Notes under the pieces: generated by a model | What the model was told of the DNA's origin: nothing | Databases searched by the model: none | What the model saw: only the letters and a program-made list of their open reading frames with translations | Translations under genes and position numbers: made by a program | Shown: piece after piece, positions 36,796 to 48,700 of the stretch | How the letters are laid out: every line of letters starts with the position of its first letter | Numbering within the stretch: the stretch's first letter is position 1 | From: Phoronis australis | Taxonomy: Eukaryota; Animalia; Phoronida | Reading direction: 5' to 3' | Assembly: GCA_002633005.1 (NCBI GenBank) | Contig: NMRA01000583.1 | Location: 1-64,000, forward strand | Length of the DNA: 64,000 bases

Positions 36796-39700
36796 TTACT
36801 TGGGATCTGCAGGTAGGTACTTGTCAATGAATGCCTGTATGTCACGCATTTCCTAAAACAAAGTCAGAATGATACAATAAGGACAGCGAATGGTGGATAC
36901 AGCATACCATTCAAGGGGGTGTCAACCACAATTTTCAAAGGGAAAATGTCCACGTAAACCTAAAATTGTCATGTCCGCATTTTTTGACTGTATTCATATG
37001 TAGGGGGAAAGGGTCTTACTCATCCTAAATATGAAGTTTGTTTCACAGGGTCAAATTTTTTTAATCAAAACTTGAAATCAGTTTTGGCAATTTCTATTTT
37101 ATTTTTGCGCGAACTCAAGATAAGTTTACTATTCTGCGCTCCATTACAAGTCATTGTGTGCTCGAGTACAAGCCATTATGTGCTCGAGTACAAGTCATTA
37201 TGTGATAGAGTACAAGCCATTATGTGCTCGAGTACAAGCCATTATGTGGTAGAGTACAAGCCATTATGTGCTTGAGTACAAGCCATTATGTGCTAGAGTA
37301 CAAGTCATTATGTGATAGAGTACAAGCCATTATGTGCTCGAGTACAAGNNNNNNNNNNNNNNNNNNNNNNNNNNNNNNNNNNNNNNNNNNNNNNNNNNNN
37401 NNNNNNNNNNNNNNNNNNNNNNNNNNNNNNNNNNNNNNNNNNNNNNNNNNNNNNNNNNNNNNNNNNNNNNNNNNNNNNNNNNNNNNNNNNNNNNNNNNNN
37501 NNNNNNNNNNNNNNNNNNNNNNNNNNNNNNNNNNNNNNNNNNNNNNNNNNNNNNNNNNNNNNNNNNNNNNNNNNNNNNNNNNNNNNNNNNNNNNNNNNNN
37601 NNNNNNNNNNNNNNNNNNNNNNNNNNNNNNNNNNNNNNNNNNNNNNNNNNNNNNNNNNNNNNNNNNNNNNNNNNNNNNNNNNNNNNNNNNNNNNNNNNNN
37701 NNNNNNNNNNNNNNNNNNNNNNNNNNNNNNNNNNNNNNNNNNNNNNNNNNNNNNNNNNNNNNNNNNNNNNNNNNNNNNNNNNNNNNNNNNNNNNNNNNNN
37801 NNNNNNNNNNNNNNNNNNNNNNNNNNNNNNNNNNNNNNNNNNNNNNNNNNNNNNNNNNNNNNNNNNNNNNNNNNNNNNNNNNNNNNNNNNNNNNNNNNNN
37901 NNNNNNNNNNGAGTACAAGCCATTATGTGCTAGAGTACAAGCCATTATGTGCTAGAGTACAAGCCATTATTTTCTCGAGTACAAGCCATTATGTACTCGA
38001 GTACAAGCCATTATAAGCTAAAGTACAAGCCATTATGTGCTCGAGTACAAGCCATTATGTGCTCGAGTACAAGCCATTATGTGCTCGAGTACAAGTCCTT
38101 ATGTGCTCGAGTACAAGCCATTATGTGCTCGAGCACAAGCCATTATGTACTCGAGTACAAGCCATTACAAGCTAAAGTACAAGCCATTATGTGCTCGAGT
38201 ACAAGCCACTATGTGCTCGAGTACAAGCCATTATGTGCTCGAGTACAAGTCCTTAATGTGCTCAGTACAAGTCCTTATTGCTCGAGTACAAGCCATTATG
38301 TGCTCGAGCACAAGCCAGATGATTATGTACTCGACCACAGAATAATAAACTTTTTTCGAGGTAGCACAAAAATAGTCTAGAAAATGCCAAAAATAATCAT
38401 GAGTTCGATTTTGAGTACAAAGATTAGACCCTGGGCCCTGGTCTTGTTAAATCGAGTTCAATTTTAGACATACTCACTGGACTTCACAATTAAAACTTCA
38501 AAAGTCACTTGGCTAAATTTGGTAACAAACATGCTTGCAAAGTAATCAAGATCTATGACCTAATTTTCCAGCACAGCCTTGAATGACAGAATTGGATTAT
38601 ATCTTGGCTGGGGCATCATGTAGAGATTAATATTATTGACCTATTTTCTGAACACGGAGAATATTTCGTTTAAGAAAAATGGGTAGAAATGCACACTGTC
38701 AATCAAGCCCACAAATCCAGTCACCCGGAAAACCAGGTTGAGAGCAGAGTTAATTTCAAGAAATTTTATTACATTGAATCAGATGCCAATTAGTTGCTGA
38801 GTTGATTTTATAAATATGAGCAAAATTCCTGGTTTGAGGGTACATACAAATATGGGCTCTCTTAGAAGCCCTGGGTACAAGACAGGAAAACAGGGTACAA
38901 TTTTGGGAGACCTTTTCAATTTGAGATGGTTCATGTTTTTAGCCTTCTTTCCATAGGTACAGACATGGGGTAAAACAATACCTCTGGGAATAAACTCACA
39001 ATTTGTACTTTATAGTAAAGCTAAGATGACAAAAACAAGATAAGCCTGTAGTGCACTGACAAATGGACAATTTCAGTTAGTTTTCAGACCAATCAAACAT
39101 CACATTATCCATAACAAACCAGCACAGAGACACACTGAACCAATCACAAACCTGATCAGATGAGGCGTGACCCATATTTGGATATGACTTGAACAAAACC
39201 TCAGCACTGCTTAGCTTCCTAATGGCGTCTGATGTCGCCTCACCCCACTTATGAGCAACCATGGGGTCCATCTGACCATGACCCTGAAATACTGGGGTAT
39301 CTCTGAACTCGCTGAAGTCTGCCTACAAATAAAAAACAACTTGTCAATCATCAGAAAACATCCAATATATCATCTCATCACACACATTTTTGTTGTGTGG
39401 AATGGTATTTATACATGCTCGCACTTGGTTATTACTAAAAATTAACCTCACTGCTTCAAATCAAACAAAGTTAAATAGAAATACCTGAAAATGGACATAC
39501 ATCACGGATCTGTAAAATTCTGTGTACATTAAAGGAGAATGCCACCCAAAAAAACAATTTTGTATCAATTTAGATCGAGTAGTTCCACTCGATAACAGCA
39601 AGTTCAGTTGTTTTACCTGAAACCTAACGGCAGACGGAAGTGTTGAAATTAACCAATGACATAATCCGTTCGAATGCAGTCTGTTCAGCCGTTCACAACA

Positions 39701-42700
39701 CGCTTACTGGTGCAACTTGTCGCTTGAATTCATTGTTTTGCACCAATAAATCATCAAAATTCGATGTAAAACCCTTACAAACACATCTAGTTATTGAACA
39801 AATGTGTTGTTTTATTTCACTGTTATGGATTTATAGGTATTTGAACGTACCGTAGCCTACAGAGTTCAAGTCGGTAGGTCAATTCTATCCCAGGAGTTTG
39901 GGTCTGTTTGGTGATAAATTCGCATCATTCTTCTGTGAAAGACAGATGAGGGAACATAGCTGTGTGTTGTACTATTAGACTTGCGATTTTTTCAGTTCTA
40001 AACACAGAAAACGCTTGTAACTCCCCGGCAGTGGCTCGGAATCAGATCAGGCCGGTCGCGGCCACCGGGACTGGACATCACGAACATAAACCAGCTTAAG
40101 TGTGAAACTAAACTTCCAGTCACGAAAAAACTGTAATAGTGAGCCAAAGAAATAATGTGCACGTAATTATTTATGTGAATTAACCACAAAACTGAAATTC
40201 TACTTACTTATCGGGGGCCGCCAAGTCAGGTTCCCCTTCCACAGAACCGTCAGGGCAAAGGTTGCATAGTTACAATGATTTGAATAATGTATTTGTATAT
40301 CTAAATGAAGATTCCCCCAACATGTGACCATATCTTATAAAATCAAGTTATTGTTTCAAAACAGCTTTCTGTCAGCAAACACTGAATTAGCATGCGCTCA
40401 CATGGCCTCGGTGCTTGGTCAATTACCTTTATTGCATCTCAAAAGCCGGTAAGGCAGTGGTTTATTCATTACAGACTTCTCAAAACATTTGCACTCATGA
40501 ATACTCCAAAGGCATTACAAATTGTATCTAATGAGACAGACTTTGTTTCAGTTTTATATAAGCATTGGTTAGGGTGAAAATAATTCATTTTGAAACAGAA
40601 CGCAGAATGATAAACGTCAACATGGCAACTTGGACTTGCAATCCTGACTTAGTCGAGAGCTCATCCGACGAAGACTTCACGGGTCGGAACGTTAGGTTTC
40701 ACAGGCTATCTGTTCAAACCGGAATACACTGATCAAGAAATACTAGAGAGGCACTGTGAACATGCACAGGCAACGGAACGTATGGGTAGTTCTTTGGTAA
40801 GTTGGAATTCGTCAGAGAAATCGCTGTTGAACAACAGGCCAGCCACAGACATGGAGATGTTTCACGGCCTCATATTTGCGATTAACAGCGTACTTTTCAT
40901 TCTTCACTACCATGAGCCACTTCCTAAGCATTTCGGGCTCTCGAGGAAGTCGAAAAAACGATCTACCCGCTTTCTTCGCAGCTTCATAGTTCGGACAAAC
41001 GGGAACAATGCACCACAATGTAGCGGCATTCACTCTGCAGATGAACCACTGACATTGCTGCGTCGTTTCTCACCTTCCTCACAGGTTAACGCGACACCTT
41101 TTGGCAAGGTGAGGTAGACCGTAAAAGAGGCGATGTGGATAACGATTAAGACCGTCACGGTAAAAAAGACTAATTAAATCTGGTGGCATTCTCCTTTAAA
41201 ACTCATCAAAACTGAGCCAGTTCTATCTTACAACACATTCACCCAAAAACAGCTAAAAGCTCCAACAAATGTGATCAGTCTCTAAATGCATGACAGTTCT
41301 GAACATTACTCAGCATAATATGTTCGCACTCAACATGCTAACAGCCACTCACAGGATTTTCAAACAAGTTCCTCTGTGGAAGCCAACAACTGAGTAACAA
41401 TAGACCAGCAAACTTCTTCTTTGAAGTGAGAGCTGAGTGAATGGCAACTGCTCCTCCCTGGCTAAACCCTCCCAACATAATGCGGCTGGCTGGGATATTG
41501 CTGATCCTTGACTCCTCTTCAGCAATTTTTTGCACTGAAAATATAATAGCGGGTGAAACACACAAACCAGAGAAAGATATGGTCACCGAGAGCAAATTAG
41601 GACCACACAGTTATCCATGTAAGCCATTAATATGTACGAACTTTAAAATTAGCGCGTAAATAAAGCTTCAACTCTTTTGATTTCTGGTCTCTCCTCCTCA
41701 CAATGCATTTTGACATGTACCTGTACAGTCTGTTCTCTACATGTACCTGTACAGTCTGTTCTCTACATGTACCTGTACAGTCTGTTCTCTACATGTGCCT
41801 GTACAGTCTGTTCTCTACATGTACCTGCACAGTCTGTTCTCTACATGTACCTGTACAGTCTGTTCTCTACATGTACCTGTACAGTCTGTTCTCTACATGT
41901 ACCTGTACAGTCTGTTCTCTACATGTGCCTGTACAGTCTGTTCTCTACATGTGCCTGTACAGTCTGTTCTCTACATGTGCCTGTACAGTCTGTTCTCTAA
42001 ATGTGCCTGTACAGTCTGTTCTCTACATGTGCCTGTACAGTCTGTTCTCTACATGTGCCGCCTTTTTGAGTATGTTAACTGTTTCCTTGAGAATGGTTTA
42101 AAGTATTAAACTGAAACATTGGATAAATATGTCGCTGTACATTTACGTGCTAATTTTAAAGTTCGTGCTTTTGTTCTGGCCTAAAACAAAAGTGACCATT
42201 AATATTTACCCCAACACAGAATCCTAGGTCTACACTAATCTTGGATTTCCACAAGAGTAGAATAATTTTGAGTTTAAATTTCAAGTACAAATATTAGACC
42301 CCGGGTCCTCATTGATGCAAGTTTTACTATATAACACAAATATACAGCTCTATGTCTGTGAAAACATGAATGAGACGTACAGAGTTGTGATGAGTTTTGT
42401 ATTCCCTGAATGTCTTCTGGAGCAGCTGGACTTAAGCCTTTGATATCAAACCAGGATGGCATCGACATACCCGCGTTGAGGGAGACAGGTTGAGTGGGCC
42501 TGAAATAGACAGTGCTATACTCTAATCAGCATCCCACCAGGTTTTCCCACAACAACAGTAATACGGTACAATCATCACAACATGAGGAGCCAGTCACCCA
42601 GTCCCTAGGCTATTTCAGGTACTTGGATCTGCCCCTTCAGCTGTCCCTGGCTGTCTAAATGCTGCCCATTTGACAGAATATCATTTTATAAACTGTTCTA

Positions 42701-45700
42701 ATCTTAGGGGCAATGGAAGAAGGTTAAATGGCCATTGAAGCAGGTATAAGGTACGTTTACTCTTCTAAAGCAAGTTTTTGCAATCCCATTGTTTGAATTG
42801 AAATTTCAAAAAAATAAGTAACTGCCTCCATGCTATACTGCAACTAATTTACACTGACAAGCAACTTAATAACTCCGTGTGAAGCAAACAATGACCTGTC
42901 TAATCACCCCGTATGAACCAAACAGTGACCTGTCTAATCCCCATATGAACCAAATAAGGACCTGTCTAATCACTCCGGATGAACCAAACAGTGACCTGTC
43001 TAATCACCCCATGTGAACCAAACAGTGACCTGTCTAATCCCCCATATGAACCAAATAAGGACCTGTCTAATCACTCCCGATGAACCAAACAATGACCTGT
43101 CTAATCACCCCATGTGAACCAAACAGTGACCTGTCTAATAACCCCAATATGAACCAAACAGTGACTCAATTTATGACCCCATATGAACCAAACAGTGACC
43201 TGCCAGTTCTTCTAAAGCCTAGAAATCATTTCTCATATGAGCAAGGAAGACGATGAGACAGTGAAGGGTTTCAAGCAAAAAGCTGCGTTTTACCAGAAGG
43301 TGTGGTTTTGTTGACCATTTGACTGAAGTGTGATCGCCAATTTTGCTTCATTTTTTAAAAAAATCTAAGAAGAGTTATAACACTAAGGACTAGACAGCTG
43401 CTCATCAACTAAGTTATTGCATTACATTGTACCACAAGGGCAAATATCAGTACAACTGTATTACAAGGGCATATATCATAAAACAAGTGTATTACAAGGG
43501 CAGATATCACAAAACAAGTGTATTACAAGGGCAGATATCACAAAACAATTTACAAAAAGAGCAAATATAAAAAACTGAGATGTTGTCATAGGTTTCTTTT
43601 ATACAACAATTTTGTTCCATTTGAAGCTAAATCATTCATGACTTTATCAGAATCTGCCATATGCCCCTGCATTTTCAGGAAAATTTAGCAAAAAAGAAAG
43701 GCACAATTATAGCAAAACAACATGATAAATAACATGACCAAATTTCTCAAGATAAAACCTCAAAAAAGCTAATTATCGTTTTGCTTTCGTTCCATGCAAC
43801 TTGAGAATTTGTTCACAAAATCGTATTTGCCCAATTTATTTATAGCTAGGAATGCAAAAGCGGAACATTTCAAAGCAATTCATAAGAGAACAGTGGATAA
43901 TGCTATCTGAAAGTTTCACGTGACTCGGACCAGCCATTTATGAGACACAATGTTCCAAAGTTGACCAAAACTGGGCAATTTTCTTGGGTCCTACATAATC
44001 TTAAGGTGACACAACAACACGGCAAAATGTCCGAATTTGACGTCAGAGCATCAAACAGTGGCTTGTCAGATTTAAATGCATTTTATGCACAGACAGTTCT
44101 CCAAAACTTTGTCAAGACTGTTTTCAATATGGTCCACATCAATATGTGGGGATATTGAAAAGTAGAACTATCGGGATTTTTATGAAGAAATCATAAGTTA
44201 CACAAGACCAAAACGAAACGATAATTGAGAAAACTGTGAAAGTATTTTTTTTCAGTTTTCATTATGAATATATTCATTTCAAAGAAATTTTGTCTATTTA
44301 TTGACACCGTTGCTAAAGTATCTTTCTTTTTTGCTTAATTTTATTGAAAAGTCATGGTCACATGACTTAAGTTAGTTAACAGCAGATTGGTATGGGGTCA
44401 AAAATGAAACGCTACAGGTTTTCTACTTTCTGAAAATAAAATATCACAAAAATATCACATGATTGTATAATTCTGTATATATTTGAATAAAAGCACTGAT
44501 TTAATGATTAGGTGTCACACAGCCTTCAGGCTTAAAATGTCATTTTATCTGGAATTCCAGAAATAATGCGAGTTTTATCAGAAATTGGTTCAGGCGATAA
44601 GTTTATCTTGTAAAACTCTAGTACCATGCACTCAACTCCAGGTTATGTTCACCACCTAAAACAACACCAATCAATAAATACCTATTACTTGGCAAAGCCT
44701 ACATTACTAATTACACCGGTGAGTGGGTAACAGCTCAAACACAGGTTAATATTTTTGTGGTGAAATGTTACATATGCATGACATTGTAGGGCAAATACGC
44801 AGCAGTTACAACGGTTGGTTACATACGCTCGTTAAGTTAAAAAGCAAAAACGTTTGATTTATTCTTACACCACTTCCCAATATGAACTTTTCAGAACATG
44901 GTCCTTATTCAGAAGTGATTCCTCAGCTTGCTAAGTGTTGACAGTTCGTTATCCTTTGAGACTATGCTCCACACAAGAAATGACATGCCAATTGGTAAAG
45001 CCTGGGTACAGTTCAGTTGCTGTCTCAAGCCGAGAAAAATCTAGCAAAAATCATGTGCTCCCATTGAAAATATACGACAACATCTCGCGTAATGTTGCAA
45101 TTGTCTGGTGAGGTCCCAGCATTATTGAACTCTACCCAGGTCTCACGCGATAATGAAACGTGGCCTGAAATCCCCTCTACGGGACAAATTGAGACCAATT
45201 TCATTACAGTAAATTGTTAATTAAAGTTGACCACAACTGAATGCACGTTACCAGCAGAAATTCTACCTAGATGGTCAGTGGACAGCCATAAAGACAAGAG
45301 CACCTTAGGGTTAAGCAGGACACTAGAAAACTGTACAAATTTGGATAACTTCAGAGCATGATGTCTAAAAAATTGCTGGTCAGGTTCACATGTAACTTCC
45401 TGGAACTATGCATTGTGTTCCATTCTCCAAAACGTTGTAAGGAAGTGTTTTTAAAATGATCCACTTTTGCAGGAGGCGCTATGTTGAAAATGGGACTTTT
45501 ACTATGATTTTCATGAAAAAAATCTCAAGTTGCAAATAACGAAAAAAATTTAAATTGTTAGAAAACTATAATAGCGTTTTTGAAACCTGCTCTTGAAATA
45601 AAATTAGATCATACCATTGATACCATGATTGTTTTGCAATCAGTGTACTTGTTTTACTAATTATTAAGAAAAAGACTTGGTCACGTGACCCAATTAATAG

Positions 45701-48700
45701 CAGATTGGTAAAAAAGTCAAAAATCAAATTCCACAGGCTTTTTACTTGCAGAAAATATGTTCTTATAGCAGGGTTAAAATCATTTAGTTTTTTTTAGACA
45801 TTAGGCTAAACCAATGAGTTAAATGCAGACAGGCTTTAACACACACAGACATAGGTATTTAGCTCATTGGCTTAACACACAGACAGGTCAATAAGGTTGT
45901 ACAACCCTTAACCAATCAAGTCTTGACGATATCAATCAGAGGCAGACGAACAACTGGACATGGAGAGAGGGCAAGTTAGATGAAAGCAGCCATAAAAATG
46001 GAAAAATTCAGTGAGCAGTACCTACTAAGCTAAGAGCTTTACAATAAAAACCCTCAGGCCACTTGACTGGCAGGAAATACCAGCACGTGGAGATCAAGGT
46101 AGATGATTTTTGCATGGTATGAGCAATTGATGTACATACCAGGCATGGTAGAAAACAAATATGGTCACAGACTTACTAAGTACATATTGATTAGAATCAA
46201 CGTAGTCTCAAAACCTATTACGCAAATCAGTTTCAATCTCTCTTTGGTAGTCTTCACAAAGACTTTCAACACAAGCATGCAAGCTAAAGCCAACTTCTGC
46301 AGCCAACTACTGTAAAATAGCAAAGCTTAGAATTGACCGAACACGGTTAGTTGTCAAGAATTGAGACTTTGTACACCACAGACTAACAGAAATAGAATGG
46401 TTAGATCCATTGATTCAATTCACATAAGGGAGCCATTCAGTAGAATGATGGTGGTGACAAAACTGGTCTAGACCAGTTTCTCGTTTACCAAACTGAATTC
46501 TCATTATTGAGAACAACATGAATTTCAAATCAACTTTGTAAATGTCAGGTTTATCCACAACTCAAAATTAACAGAGGTTGGAAACTAAGGTAGTTGACCG
46601 TCTGGAGAAAATATGGGAGAGTTTGTCCCCCATTAGGTGGTTTGGGATCTTCCTGAGGATTTTTTGGTAAATGAGAGCTCACTTCTTGCACCAATCAGAA
46701 TCCAGCATTCTTGACACATCTTCGTTTCCAAGCCGCCATTTTAACTGACAAAAATGTTGCCGGATAAAACTTATCGTTTGTTTGTCGACTTCTGGCAAGA
46801 GGGTGGAGCTTGCGATAGGTCAATTAGAAAGCTCCGCAGATGGGTTGGTGAGCAGCTGTAGTGAAGTTGTAAGTTACCACTTATATGTATGCAAAACATT
46901 TTAAGGCACTGAGGACTACTGCCTGAAGACACAGTGTAATACCGTAAACTCGCGGGTTAACGCCCTGGGCACTTAAATTGGGAAATCCTGAGACAGGCGG
47001 GTGGGCAATTACCCAACCAGAGGGCGCTTAAACCGAAAATTGACAAAAAGTTGGGGATGGGCGATTACCCGCAAATGGGCGTTAACCCGCAAGTTTACGA
47101 TAAGTAGCTATACATTATAGACTGTAATTAAAGTTATAACCAGGGCCCGGTCTCCAATCTCCGTACTCAGACTCGAATCATGCTCAAACTCACACTTCAT
47201 ACTCAACTCGAGTACATACTCAGCTTTGGTGTATTCAATGTCCTACTCGAAAAATCTGTACTCGAAATTTAGAGCACGTACTCAGTTTTCCAGTGTACTC
47301 GAACTGAAGTGTATCTCATCTATATTTCGAGTACGATTTTGAGTAAAAATTTGGAGTCTATGCTCAAATTTCAAGTTTGGTATGGCAGTGTGCTTGAAAT
47401 CGTACTCGAAAATAAATACGAGCCAGAGAACAAAATATCAAAAGAGAACCAAGAAACACAGCAAATCTAAAAAAATAAGTCCTCTTACCGTATCTCAGCA
47501 CTTCAATTTCAGTTCAGAGAAAATAGTTTTCATCTTAAATCTTCTTATTCTTCACCTTATTAACCCGCCGTATCACTGTATGTTATGGCCGCCATTCTAC
47601 CTCTACAATTCCTGGCAACAGGCGCATTGTAATCCCTTGTCGGCGAGTCATAACAAGCGTCGAAAGCAGTTGTGAGAAAAGTCGTGTGAGAAGTTTGTGC
47701 TGCCCTTATTTCGGTATGTGTGCCTACGTTTTGTAGGGTTTCCAAAAGATGAGGAGGGGAGGGAAGTTAAAAAAGTTCACTTCCCTGTCAGGTACATTTC
47801 TCATCATAACTTAGTCATCTATAATTCCTCAATCCCCAAATGGAATTCCAGATTTTGTTTGCCGATTTCTAAGTAGACGTCTCGTCCCGTTCACTGCCAC
47901 TGGTGAACTCTGAATGCCTGCACAAGTATTGTTTTTTAACTCAGTGCCAAATGTCAACTCACTTGTTACATCCCGGTAAAATACGAAGATACAGTATCAA
48001 AGTTTGACATCAGCGTAGGCCTACACAGCAATGGGTTTTGTGTCAAGACTAAATTAGCAACAGAGATGTGATGTGATAAGCTGTTACAAATTTCTTGAGA
48101 CATTTTCGGGACTGGGTGAGGAACTCAAGAAGTAAAGCTTAGTAATTGCCAAATGTATCAAAGAAATGGCATAATATTTATTGAAACTAAAAAATGAATA
48201 GCAGTTACAGAACACTCATAATTCCACGTTATAGACATACTCTTGTAGTTGTAGCGACAGCAGACGATAATGTAGGCCTAGTTCTTGGGGTGGTCTATTC
48301 CAATAGGGAGCGATGAATCAGCGCGCCTTTGCGTGATTTTGCATTTCACATCATAAAGAGTTCCATAGCAACTTGAGTATGAGTGTCAGATTTGAGTACG
48401 TTTGGAGTCTACTCGAAATACGACATTAGATACGCTTTTTTGAGTACGACTCCAGTGAGCACGATTTTGAGTATGAAATCTCGAGTATGAGTATGAGTCT
48501 GAGTACGGAGATTGGAGACCGGGCCCAGGTTAAAATGTCAGACTTAATGCAAGTGAAGATACTCACGCTGTGGGACACATGAACTTGATATGAGGTGTCT
48601 TTAACTCACTCAGCAAACTTAACCAGCCATGTCTGTGAATAAAACACTGAGTTAGAAAAGTTAACACATTCTTTCAAACCTACAGTAACAAACTCTCCAG

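Noticed and set aside
37150-38335. Regular short repeats that could suggest a CRISPR array (also 41713-42058, 42880-43202)
   Set aside because: Units are head-to-tail with no unique spacers, there are no cas genes, and they sit in eukaryotic introns.
37224-38380. Long ORFs in the track, also 17103-17682, 41677-42109 and 63616-63907
   Set aside because: Artefacts of N-runs and stop-free tandem repeats.
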